Shown one piece after another: positions 51,974-60,229 of a stretch of 60,229 nt of DNA. A program made the translations under genes and the position numbers. Within the stretch, counting starts at the first letter, position 1; each line of letters begins with the position of its first letter. The notes under the pieces are model-generated. The model was not told the origin of the DNA, ran no database searches, and saw only the letters and a list, made by a program, of their open reading frames with translations. Origin of the DNA: Patescibacteria group bacterium (GTDB lineage Bacteria > Patescibacteriota > Patescibacteriia > JAXHNJ01). The stretch spans positions 1 through 60,229 of the forward strand of contig JAXHNJ010000002.1 in assembly GCA_034520665.1 (NCBI GenBank), in the 5' to 3' direction.

Positions 51974-53215
51974 TTAAGGGGATAATTTTTCTAAGGTAAC
52001 TTTTATTTCTTTTTCGGTGCCTTTCCTTAATATTTTAAGATCAACTATTTCACCGACCGAATAGGCTTGTATCTTTTCTGCAAAATTAAAGCCGTTTTTA
52101 ATTTCTTCTTTATCTATAGCTATAATAATGTCTTTTTTAGATAAGCCCACTTTATCGGCCGGCGAGGAGTCTATGACAGCCTCTTGGTCTCCATTCCAAA
52201 TTAATAGGCCTCTATTTCTTTCCTGGGCCAAATTTTCTGAAATATTAAGAGCCTGGCTCAAATCAACATATTTGAGACCAAGAAAATTACGCAGTATCTC
52301 CCCTTCCTTAACCAAGGAATCAACTACTGAGTTAAAATAAGTAGCGGGAATAATAATATTTTTATTATTTTGATCATAACTATAAATTCCAATCACTTTA
52401 CCGTTATTATAAACCAAAGGACGGCCTTCCCAGCTAGGCTCTAAATTATGTTCAATGGTTAAATAACTATTTAAATTTTCCGAAGATTTAATCAAGTCGT
52501 CATTTTCTTCAAGATTTTCATAATAGAGCTGCTGAATTTTTGAGTCTAAAAATATAGGCGAGGAAGAAAAATTATCATAGCCAAAAATAAAGCTATTTTC
52601 TCCCAAGGAGATGTTTTTTCGGGCCATGGTCTGAGCCGCACTCAAACCTTCAGCTTTTATTTTAATAAAGACAAGATTAGTGACCGGATCATTTAAAATC
52701 TGGCTGACCGAGTAAATTTTATCGTCTTTGGTTATAACTTTATAAGACGACTCCCGATCATTAATGACTTTGTTGGTGGTTAAAATATAACCATCTGAAG
52801 AGACAATTAAACCGCTGCCTTTTCGGTCAGGCGGTGAATAAAGGCCCTCTAAGGAATCTTCAGTTTTTTCTTTAGATAAATAAATATCAACAATAGAAGG
52901 GCTGACTGTTTGATAAATTTGATTGTATTTTATTTTTGGGTCTAGTGATGAATCTTTATTAATGACCACAGTCTGTTTTTCATTTTCAAAAATACTAAAT
53001 TTTTCCGGATATTCATAAACCAGCCATTTAAAAAGAAGGCTGCCTAAAAAACCGGCCAAAAGAGCTAGAATAACACTTATAATAATAGTAATAAAAAACT
53101 CTTTTCTTCTCTGAGGGTCGGGTTGATCAATTTTATGGGGTGAGTTTTTTTTATAAAGTTTTTCCAGTTCTTTTACTTTATATTTGGGTGAAGTCGGTGG
53201 AGTTTTTGCTTTCAT
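51974..53215 (-). CDS. membrane-anchored HtrA/DegP-like protein with PDZ domain and substituted catalytic triad
   Basis: GSGLIVSSDGYILTTNKVIN, DPVTNLVFIKI and EPSWEGRPLVYNNGKVIGI align position for position with DegP GSG..TNNHVV, DP.SDIALIQI and RGNSGGALVN..G.LIGI. The C-terminus is PDZ-like (SPADKVGLSKKDIIIAID). Confidence 0.75.
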   Translation of the reverse strand: MKAKTPPTSPKYKVKELEKLYKKNSPHKIDQPDPQRRKEFFITIIISVILALLAGFLGSLLFKWLVYEYPEKFSIFENEKQTVVINKDSSLDPKIKYNQIYQTVSPSIVDIYLSKEKTEDSLEGLYSPPDRKGSGLIVSSDGYILTTNKVINDRESSYKVITKDDKIYSVSQILNDPVTNLVFIKIKAEGLSAAQTMARKNISLGENSFIFGYDNFSSSPIFLDSKIQQLYYENLEENDDLIKSSENLNSYLTIEHNLEPSWEGRPLVYNNGKVIGIYSYDQNNKNIIIPATYFNSVVDSLVKEGEILRNFLGLKYVDLSQALNISENLAQERNRGLLIWNGDQEAVIDSSPADKVGLSKKDIIIAIDKEEIKNGFNFAEKIQAYSVGEIVDLKILRKGTEKEIKVTLEKLSP

Positions 53216-53238
53216 ATAAATTTAATTAAATTTTAATA

Positions 53239-53997
53239 TTAAACCCATTGGGCCGTTAAAAATATGAGTAAAGAAGAGGCCAAGCCAAAAGAAAGATAAC
53301 GAAATAGAGTCTTATTATTCAACTCTTTCAATATATTAAGACGCATAATGTTTAGGATAACATAAAAAAACAAAGTTAGAAAAAAACCATTAACTAAAAA
53401 ATGGGTCGGTAAAAAAATTATAGTCCAAAAAATTTCAAGCGATAGCAAAATCATAACTATAATATAAAGATAATTTTCTTTAATACTAATATTCTGAAAT
53501 TTAAAATCAGTTAAAACCAAAATAAAAACCAAAATTAGAACAAATACTATCAGCCAAAAAAGATTAAAACCCATAAAAATTCTTAAAGCAAAAAAGCTAG
53601 TAAAAAAGAAAAAAGCCGACAAAAGAGAGGTGTAATTAATTATATTAGGCAGATTAGATTTATGAATATTAATTTTTCTAAAATAATTAAAATAGCTTCT
53701 CAACAAAAATAAATGGTAAAAACAAATACCGATGATCAATATCTGCTTGAGAGTATTGGACTTAACAAAATATAAGTAAAGAAAAACACTGCTTACTAAT
53801 AAAGCCAGGGTTAAAAAATGAAGCCATAGCTTTTTTTGTTTGTAGGAATAACCACAAATATAACGAACCGCTAATAAAATTACCATTAAAATCAGAATTA
53901 TTAAATAAAAAGCGCCCGGCCATTTAAGCAGAGACTGAAAGGCCATAAAAACCAATAAACTGGCTATTATGGGGTAATTTTTAACACGTTTTAGCAT
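53239..53997 (-). CDS. polytopic membrane protein, unknown function
   Basis: 252 aa with about 8 TM segments. It is the first gene of the tightly packed minus-strand operon. Confidence 0.5.
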   Translation of the reverse strand: MLKRVKNYPIIASLLVFMAFQSLLKWPGAFYLIILILMVILLAVRYICGYSYKQKKLWLHFLTLALLVSSVFLYLYFVKSNTLKQILIIGICFYHLFLLRSYFNYFRKINIHKSNLPNIINYTSLLSAFFFFTSFFALRIFMGFNLFWLIVFVLILVFILVLTDFKFQNISIKENYLYIIVMILLSLEIFWTIIFLPTHFLVNGFFLTLFFYVILNIMRLNILKELNNKTLFRYLSFGLASSLLIFLTAQWV

Positions 53998-54116
53998 ATA
54001 CAGATAAACTTTTATAAAAAGATTATAGGTATATTGTAATGCTTTTGGCGGTTATTATCAAGCTTTATATTTTTAAAAATAAAAAAAATTCCTAAGTTAG
54101 GAAATATATTTTTTTA

Positions 54117-54629
54117 TTATTTAGTTTTATTTTTGATAATACGTTTGATGGCCTGATTATAAAGTAAAATGGAAGCTAAAATATTTTGCACCTCCAGTTT
54201 AATTTTTTTTATATATTTATACTTTTTATAAAAATTATGTTTTTCCTTATTACCACTAAATATAATTAAGCTGATAATTTTACCTTCAAGATAAAGGGGT
54301 ATTAGAGCATAAATTTCGTAATATTGAATTTTTTTCTTTAGACTCTCTAAAACCACAGCCTCATGCTTTAAATAAGTAGTCCCGGCCAATTCTTCCTGGG
54401 GATAAATAACCTCTTTCCCCTTATTAAGAGATAAACAGCTTATTTCCTCTTTACTGAGATAAAAATTCTTTTCTTTAGCCGGATACTCCAGCCAAAAGGT
54501 GTTTTTTTGGCTATGGCGCCTAAAAAAATAAATACTTTTCAAGTTTTGTTTCTTGAATTCACGGGCCGCTAATTTAAAAAAATCGGCTGGTTTTATAATT
54601 TTTTCTTTAAGAATATTAATTTCTTTCAT
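54117..54629 (-). CDS. hypothetical cytoplasmic protein (possibly GAF-like)
   Basis: Intact 170-aa ORF divergent from the XRE gene. The fold assignment is a guess. Confidence 0.4.
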   Translation of the reverse strand: MKEINILKEKIIKPADFFKLAAREFKKQNLKSIYFFRRHSQKNTFWLEYPAKEKNFYLSKEEISCLSLNKGKEVIYPQEELAGTTYLKHEAVVLESLKKKIQYYEIYALIPLYLEGKIISLIIFSGNKEKHNFYKKYKYIKKIKLEVQNILASILLYNQAIKRIIKNKTK

Positions 54630-54630
54630 T

Positions 54631-54695
54631 GTTGCCTATTTAGGTAACATTTAACTGCTCAATTTATATTAATTTATGTTACCTGTCAAGGCAAC
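54631..54695. promoter_or_regulatory. two 18-bp operator-like palindromes GTTRCCT-N4-AGGYAAC
   Basis: Site 1 is 54631-54648 (GTTGCCTATTTAGGTAAC) and site 2 is 54678-54695 (GTTACCTGTCAAGGCAAC). Both lie in the divergent intergenic region, with centres 47 bp apart. Confidence 0.45.
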
Positions 54696-54779
54696 TTATC
54701 CACAGCTAGCCCTTCCCTACTTTACTTTATTATTGTTATAATTAATATATCAATAATAATTTAAATTAAAATAGTCTAA

Positions 54780-55115
54780 ATGCTCGGCCAATTAATCAGA
54801 ATTTTGAGAAAAAAACATAAAATAGGCGTGCAGGAGTTTGCCCAAAAACTAGGTATTAACCGCATTTCACTTTTTAGAATAGAAAAAGAGAAAAGACAAC
54901 CCTCTGAACAAACCGCTATTAAAGCTTTTAAAATACTAGGTTTATCTGAAGAAAGTATTTATCAAATTTTCATACTCTCTGAATTAATTAAAAAAGGCAC
55001 TATTTCAGAAAAAGCCAAAAATAAAGAGGCTCGAGTCTTTTTAAAAAGATTGAAAAAAAATGACAAAAATAGTAAAATAATACACAGATACTTCAAAAAA
55101 ATCTTAAAATCCTAA
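54780..55115 (+). CDS. XRE-family HTH transcriptional regulator
   Basis: LIRILRKKHKIGVQEFAQKLGINRISLFRIEKEKRQPS is a classic HTH_3. Confidence 0.75.
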   Translation: MLGQLIRILRKKHKIGVQEFAQKLGINRISLFRIEKEKRQPSEQTAIKAFKILGLSEESIYQIFILSELIKKGTISEKAKNKEARVFLKRLKKNDKNSKIIHRYFKKILKS

Positions 55116-55117
55116 AA

Positions 55118-55528
55118 ATGGTTAATAAAAGACCTAAAAAAAATAAAGGTAAAATACTCTTTGCTGAAGATGACAAATTTCTGGCCGAAATGTTCCGCCA
55201 AAAACTTAAAATTGAAGGCTATAAGCCGATAATTGCCCACACGGCCATTTCAGCCATTTTAGCCTTAAAAAATGAAAAACCAAAAGCTATTATCTTAGAC
55301 ATTGTTTTACCTGATTCTGACTGTTGGATGATTATGGAGTATTTAAAAAGAAAAGGTAAAAAAAAGGTACCGGTGATGCTCTTGACTAACTGGGGTAATA
55401 ATGAATACCGCCAAAAAGCCAAAGAGTTAAAAGCTGATGATTTTATGGTTAAAGCCAGTACTACACCGCAGGAAATAGTTAAAAGAATGGAAGAGTTAAT
55501 AAAAAAATACCAGTCAAAAAATAAATAA
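55118..55528 (+). CDS. stand-alone response-regulator receiver protein
   Basis: Conserved receiver positions are EDD, ILDIVLPD, LLTNWG and MVKAS. There is no output domain. The start lies 2 nt after the XRE stop. Confidence 0.85.
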   Translation: MVNKRPKKNKGKILFAEDDKFLAEMFRQKLKIEGYKPIIAHTAISAILALKNEKPKAIILDIVLPDSDCWMIMEYLKRKGKKKVPVMLLTNWGNNEYRQKAKELKADDFMVKASTTPQEIVKRMEELIKKYQSKNK

Positions 55529-55542
55529 TCTTTACCAAATAT

Positions 55543-55573
55543 AAAAACCAAACTAAAATAAAGCTTGGTTTTT
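55543..55573 (+). terminator. hairpin between convergent receiver genes
   Basis: AAAAACCAA-N13-TTGGTTTTT followed by T/A, so it could act bidirectionally. Confidence 0.45.
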
Positions 55574-55597
55574 TAATTGAGGCTAATTAGATTAAAT

Positions 55598-55966
55598 CTA
55601 TTTATCTAAAAACCGCTCAATCCTGGCCATCATCTCACGTAAGGGGATTTTTGATTTGACTATAAAATCCAAGGCTCCTAAATTCATAGCCTTTTTAGCC
55701 ATTTCTTGTTTATTTAAATTAGTGACCACTATAGCCGGTATATCTTTGGTTTTTTCCTCTTTTTTTAATTTTTCTAAAACTTCCAATCCGCCCATTTTTT
55801 CCATTAACAAATCAATTAATATAATATCTGGCTTTTCTTGTTTAGCTTTTTTCAAGCCCTCAAGGCCGTTTTCAGCAGCCAGAAAATCATGACCCGAAAG
55901 CTCAAATTTTGCTTGATACATCATAATCTGATCAGCATCGTCTTCTATTAATAGTATTTTTGACAT
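55598..55966 (-). CDS. stand-alone response-regulator receiver protein
   Basis: ILLIEDDADQ, ILIDLLM, VVTNL and IVKS motifs, 122 aa. Confidence 0.85.
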   Translation of the reverse strand: MSKILLIEDDADQIMMYQAKFELSGHDFLAAENGLEGLKKAKQEKPDIILIDLLMEKMGGLEVLEKLKKEEKTKDIPAIVVTNLNKQEMAKKAMNLGALDFIVKSKIPLREMMARIERFLDK

Positions 55967-55969
55967 GTT

Positions 55970-56362
55970 TTATTTATTTAAAATTTCTTTAATTTTTTCC
56001 ACTAGTTTTGAAGGGGTAACCTGTGATTTTATAATAAACTCTTTGGCTCCTAATTTCAACCCCTTATCCCGGGCCTGGCGAGTGCCATAATTAGTTAAGA
56101 TAATCACTGGAATATTTTTAGTTTCTTCTTGTTTTTTCAATTTTTTCAAAATTTCAAAACCAGTCGGCACGGTTAATTCTTTTAAAAGAAGATCCAGTAA
56201 GATAATATCCAGTTTTTCTTTTTTGGCTCTATCCAGGCCTTCTTGAGCCGTATCAGCGGAAATAAAAGCAAAACCAGAAAGTTCAAATTTATTCTGATAC
56301 ATCATAATCTGATCAGCATCGTCTTCGATTAATAAAATGGTTTTTTTGGCTTGGTGATTCAT
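55970..56362 (-). CDS. stand-alone response-regulator receiver protein
   Basis: ILLIEDDADQ, ILLDLLL, ILTNYG and IIKS motifs, 130 aa. It is a tandem paralogue of 55598..55966. Confidence 0.85.
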   Translation of the reverse strand: MNHQAKKTILLIEDDADQIMMYQNKFELSGFAFISADTAQEGLDRAKKEKLDIILLDLLLKELTVPTGFEILKKLKKQEETKNIPVIILTNYGTRQARDKGLKLGAKEFIIKSQVTPSKLVEKIKEILNK

Positions 56363-56380
56363 ATATTTATAATAACTAGT

Positions 56381-56450
56381 CTCTTAAAATACCTCGACTG
56401 GTCCCGGTTCGATGAACGAAGTGAAGTTAGGCGGGGTCTTCAATTAAGAG
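56381..56450. repeat. 70-nt three-tier hairpin element with GC-rich core
   Basis: The outer stem is CTCTTAA/TTAAGAG. The middle stem is GGTCCCG/CGGGGTC with two G-U pairs. The inner stem is TTCG-ATGAA-CGAA. The core resembles units of the 48034-48418 island. Confidence 0.6.
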
Positions 56451-56636
56451 AATTTTTCCTTACTTATAGGTTTATTATAAGCTTTTTACCGCAATTTTTC
56501 AAGAAAAAAACTAGTCATTAGCACTACTTTTTGGAGAGATAAAATTTCTAATAGAAGTAAGATTTTTTCTTACTGCCATTAGAGATTATTCAAAAGCGGT
56601 TTTTAAAAAATCCCCACCTGCTTTAGATAATCATAT

Positions 56637-58853
56637 TTAAGTGCTTCTCGGCGGTTTTAAAGGCAGAAAAACGGAAAAAGTTGTCCCCTGTCCCATTTTA
56701 CTTTCCATAGAGACTCGGCCCTGATGACCCTTAACAATCTCTTTGACAATAAAAAGCCCTAGCCCGGTACCATCTGTGTACATTTCCTTAGCATTAGAGG
56801 CCCGGCTGAATTTTTTAAATAGTTTTTTAACCTCTTTTTGAGGTATACCAATGCCATTATCCTTAACTTTTATTTGAGCGTATTTTTTATCCTTTTTTAC
56901 CGAAATAATAATTTTGCCTTTTACTTTGGTTTTTTCATTTTCTGCTGGCGTATACTTAATGGCATTATCTAATAAATTACCAACGGCTTCTTCCAGAAAT
57001 TTTTCTTCGCCATAAATAGTTTTAACGGCCAGGGGTTTTTCTAATTTGATTTTAATATTTTGCTTTTCAGCTTCCAGCTTTTTATAATTAACTACGCTTT
57101 CTAAAAATTGTTTAAGATCAATTTTTTCAAAATCTTCTAATTCCAGCTTAAAAGGGGCTGAATCAAGCTCAGAAGCGCGTAAAAGGTCAGAAACTATTTG
57201 TTCCAGCTTTCTCGCTTTAAGATAAGCCCCGGCCAACTGTTGTTTCTTTCTCTCTTGGGGCAGTTTGTCTAAGTCCCCGCTAGTGGCCATTTCCAAAATG
57301 CCGATTAAAACCGAGGTGGGGGTGCGCAGTTGGTGGGAAGTGATATCAAGAAATTCAGATCTCATTTTCAGTAATTTCTCTAAGTGGACATTCTTTTGCT
57401 TAATATCCCGGGTTTGCTCATCCACTTTCTGCTGAAGAGTTTTAGTAAAGTCCTGCACTTGCTGATACAATCTGGCGTTTTCTAAAGCAATGGAAGCTTG
57501 GTTGGCTAGGTTGGAGAGAAGCTCAATATCTTCTTTGGTGTAAGCGTCTTTAGAAATTTTATGACCTAAAACCATAAGACAATTAATTTGGTTTTGAATC
57601 ACAAAAGGCAAAACAATGGCCACGCCAGTGTCTTTTAAGGTCTGGATCTGCTCAATAAGTTTTTTGTCCATTTCTTCTTTTTGATGAGACAGAATTTCTT
57701 CAATCACGGCCGGGGACTTGGTCTGCTTTAAATAATGACAAAAATGTCGACCAGCGCAGATATTTTTCAGCTTTTCCTGATTAAACCCAGCCACTTGACG
57801 CAAAATAAATTCATCTCGGTGATTATTTCGAGGCAAAGCCACCGCCAGATTATCCAATCGCATGGTATTTTGAATAGTGCCAACAATAACCTTAACTACT
57901 TCATCAAGATTGATGGTCTGAGTTATTTTTCTGGCAAAGGTTTCCAGAGTTTCCTGGTAATCATAAAGCCCGGAAAAGAAGTATTTATTAGTGAACCTTT
58001 TAAGAAATTTGTTTAAATAATTAAAGCTTAGGAGAAATAAGGGGACAATTAAAAGAGCTGCAAGATAAGCGCCTGGGGTATAGGGGCTTTGAAAAAAGAA
58101 ACGGTCAATCCAGAGAGTGAGGTAATAGGCAAGGAAGACAAAAAGGGCCAAACCGACATAGATGAAAGATTTTCGGAGGACAAAGCGGATGTCTAAAAGA
58201 CGATGTTTAATTATGGCATAACTAATAAATGATATCAAGATTAATAATGAAAAAGGTCCTACGGAAGCATAATTTTTAGTGCCAAATAATGGTAATAACA
58301 AATTAGTTAGTATACCGAATATCAATGTAATAAATATTCCCCAAAAAACATATCTTATTTGATTTTTTTCTATTCCTAAGGCATTTTTGTAACTAATCAT
58401 AAGATTTCTAAATCCAGCAGCAAAAAATATTATAAAATAAATTAACAGAAACCAATATAATGGTCCGGCTGTTGTTTCCCATGTATTGTTTATAAAATTC
58501 ACTCTTGGAACATTATAACTTGTTGGAATAAAAAATAAAAAAATTAAAGGTACTAAAAATAATAACCATTTAATTTTTACTTTATTTTTTTGAGGAAAAT
58601 AATTAGTAAATAACAAAAATAATGCCGGTATAAATATTGGTCCCAAAATAGTCATTCTGCTCCAAAAAAGAGCGGAATTATTCGAAGTTGACTCATCTAC
58701 CATTAAATTAGTAAATATCCATATTAAACCTGCTAAGGTTATTAACGAGAGCGTAATATTAGCAGGATTTTTTCTACGACGAAAATATATTATTAAAGCT
58801 AAAATTAACAAAAAAACTGAGATAATAATAGAAATTAATGAAATAATCTTCAT
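56637..58853 (-). CDS. sensor histidine kinase (N-terminal 7TM region, GAF-like, HisKA, HATPase_c)
   Basis: The N-terminal third has seven or more TM segments. The H-box is SEFLDITSHQLRTPTS, the N-box is LLDNAIKYTP, and the G-boxes are DNGIGI and GTGLGL. Confidence 0.9.
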   Translation of the reverse strand: MKIISLISIIISVFLLILALIIYFRRRKNPANITLSLITLAGLIWIFTNLMVDESTSNNSALFWSRMTILGPIFIPALFLLFTNYFPQKNKVKIKWLLFLVPLIFLFFIPTSYNVPRVNFINNTWETTAGPLYWFLLIYFIIFFAAGFRNLMISYKNALGIEKNQIRYVFWGIFITLIFGILTNLLLPLFGTKNYASVGPFSLLILISFISYAIIKHRLLDIRFVLRKSFIYVGLALFVFLAYYLTLWIDRFFFQSPYTPGAYLAALLIVPLFLLSFNYLNKFLKRFTNKYFFSGLYDYQETLETFARKITQTINLDEVVKVIVGTIQNTMRLDNLAVALPRNNHRDEFILRQVAGFNQEKLKNICAGRHFCHYLKQTKSPAVIEEILSHQKEEMDKKLIEQIQTLKDTGVAIVLPFVIQNQINCLMVLGHKISKDAYTKEDIELLSNLANQASIALENARLYQQVQDFTKTLQQKVDEQTRDIKQKNVHLEKLLKMRSEFLDITSHQLRTPTSVLIGILEMATSGDLDKLPQERKKQQLAGAYLKARKLEQIVSDLLRASELDSAPFKLELEDFEKIDLKQFLESVVNYKKLEAEKQNIKIKLEKPLAVKTIYGEEKFLEEAVGNLLDNAIKYTPAENEKTKVKGKIIISVKKDKKYAQIKVKDNGIGIPQKEVKKLFKKFSRASNAKEMYTDGTGLGLFIVKEIVKGHQGRVSMESKMGQGTTFSVFLPLKPPRST

Positions 58854-59812
58854 AATAATTTTTTAGCTTTAATTAAAATATTTTGATTTTCATATGTTTC
58901 GCTAATATCTAATATCTTGTATTTATTTAACATTTTAGTAAGCTCATTTTTGGTGTAAAAATGTGTATAATTCTTATCAGATTCCTGTATAACTATTATT
59001 ATATTACATAACCATAGTAATAATAATGGAAAAAAATATAAAATATAGAAAAATATATTCTTCCTTTTTTTATAGTCACTTAAAAATAATTTAAATAAAC
59101 TCGAATTTCTTTTTGGCTCAGATATTAAAAAAAATCCATCGTTTTTTAAAAATCGTGATATACTATCCAAAATAAATTGTGGCTTTTCGGTTGTGTATAG
59201 TGTATTGTTTATTACTATTAAATCAAATTCTTCGGTAAATATTTTGTCAAAATTTTCAATATCTATATTAATAAGTTTGGTATTGGGAAATTTTATTAAT
59301 TTTTTTTCTGCTTTTTTTATCATTATCTCCGAAAAATCTATTCCAATTATTTCATAATTGTTATATTGAGCCAATTGTTTTATCAGATTACCTGTACCAC
59401 ATCCAAGATCTAAAATTTTTCCTCGCTTCTTTAATTTTCTAATTTCTTCTACTAGTTGGGTAATAAGAATTTTGTAAGGATAGAATTTGTTCAATACATC
59501 ATAAATATTAGCATAAATATTCCAAAAATATTTTTTTTTGTTTTCAATAATAATAAATCTTAATAATAACAGTAATGGAATTCCGATAATTACTGACTTT
59601 AATTGCCAATTAATTGAATCTAGGATTATAAATAAGTAAATAAACGGTAATAAATATATAAAAATAAAAATTGGTAATAAAAAAAATAATCTTTTATATC
59701 TTTTTTTTATTACTGCTAAGATAATAAACAATAACAATATCCAACATGGAATAAATGTTATTATATATAAAAAACTAAAAAATGTTATACCTTTATAAAT
59801 GTCTAAAGACAC
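58850..59812 (-). CDS. membrane-embedded class I SAM-dependent methyltransferase
   Basis: Motif I is ILDLGCGTGNL. The domain is flanked by about 3 N-terminal TM segments and a C-terminal hydrophobic hairpin. It shares an ATGA overlap with the kinase start. Confidence 0.8.
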   Translation of the reverse strand: MSLDIYKGITFFSFLYIITFIPCWILLLFIILAVIKKRYKRLFFLLPIFIFIYLLPFIYLFIILDSINWQLKSVIIGIPLLLLLRFIIIENKKKYFWNIYANIYDVLNKFYPYKILITQLVEEIRKLKKRGKILDLGCGTGNLIKQLAQYNNYEIIGIDFSEIMIKKAEKKLIKFPNTKLINIDIENFDKIFTEEFDLIVINNTLYTTEKPQFILDSISRFLKNDGFFLISEPKRNSSLFKLFLSDYKKRKNIFFYILYFFPLLLLWLCNIIIVIQESDKNYTHFYTKNELTKMLNKYKILDISETYENQNILIKAKKLL

Positions 59813-59854
59813 AAGATTAGTAAATTAATTTTTATCATGAGGATTTTTTAATAT

Positions 59855-60229
59855 TTAATGTATTGTATAACTATTCCCTTCACCATTATACTTAATGAGT
59901 CCTTTTTTTAAGTACTTCCATAAGTTTACATTTTCATTTTTAAGGTTTTCTTCCATTTCTGAAATATCTAAAATAAAAGGCGTGGTAATCCCCTGATATA
60001 ATGTCGGCGGACCAATTTTTTTAAAAGGAAAACCAAGTTTAATTAATATGGGGTATAAATTATCATCCATAACGGCAAAAACGTGAGTAATATTCTTTTC
60101 TTTCACAAAAGTGTACATGCCTTTAATCAGGGCCAGAAGGAGAAAATGCTTCCGGTATTTTTTAGCGACAATCAGACGGGATATTTCAGCCAATTTGCTT
60201 CTGTTCTTTTGAAGGATATCAACTTCAAT
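59855..60229 (-). CDS. GNAT-fold N-acyl amino acid synthase / autoinducer-synthase-like protein, partial (5' end beyond the window)
   Basis: EISRLIVAKKYRKH...GMYTFVKEKNITHVFAVMDDNLYPILIKLGFPFKKIG..TLYQG..TPFILDI resembles the FeeM / PEP-CTERM-associated acyltransferase (Acetyltransf_5) core. The frame stays open to the window edge. Confidence 0.5.
   Translation of the reverse strand: MEVDILQKNRSKLAEISRLIVAKKYRKHFLLLALIKGMYTFVKEKNITHVFAVMDDNLYPILIKLGFPFKKIGPPTLYQGITTPFILDISEMEENLKNENVNLWKYLKKGLIKYNGEGNSYTIH

Noticed and set aside
56381-56450. tRNA or tRNA-like gene (7-bp acceptor-like stem, 70 nt)
   Set aside because: I tried to fold both strands as a cloverleaf. No D, anticodon or T arms can be formed at the canonical positions.
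27322-60229. Alternative genetic code (UGA recoding, as in some CPR lineages)
   Set aside because: All ORFs are long and contiguous under the standard code, and their ends match expected protein lengths. No in-frame TGA read-through is required.

Overview
The window has two parts that differ in base composition and in how intact the genes are. All GC statements here are eyeballed, not computed.

Part A (1 to about 27310) is mid-GC and reads as gammaproteobacterial chromosome in an advanced state of decay.
- gltX, cysS, brnQ and folD are all multi-hit pseudogenes.
- A frameshifted IS110-family element sits between cysS and brnQ, embedded in short repeats.
- tRNA-Pro(UGG) has a near-consensus promoter.
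- Directly downstream is a P4-type integrase followed by a degraded lambdoid prophage. Its order is CI-like repressor, Sak4-like AAA_24 ATPase, DUF669, AAA_25 helicase, iteron cluster, terminator, holin-like ORF, GpA terminase, gpW, portal, ClpP-like protease, decoration protein and gpE-like capsid.
- The prophage stops without tail genes.

Part B (about 27310 to 60229) is very AT-rich, tightly packed and fully intact. Its gene content looks like a CPR/Patescibacteria-type genome (inference).
- A cell-surface glycan locus of about 24 kb carries three GT-C-like polytopic proteins, several GT2/GT4 enzymes, a Wzx flippase, two sugar-nucleotide dehydrogenases, an epimerase, UDP-xylose synthase, and GtrA and GtrB-like modules.
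- metK is present.
- An HtrA-like protein has all three catalytic residues replaced.
- A signalling cluster contains an XRE regulator, three stand-alone receivers and a 7TM-GAF histidine kinase. The kinase is co-operonic with a membrane SAM-methyltransferase and a partial N-acyl-synthase-like GNAT.

No rRNA genes or CRISPR arrays were seen.

The most notable observations are:
- the abrupt junction at about 27.3 kb, which truncates an ORF;
- the decay of essential genes on the left;
- a GC-rich hairpin-repeat island in the only large intergenic gap of the AT-rich half;
- the triad-less HtrA homologue;
- the putative signal-synthase/methyltransferase/kinase operon.
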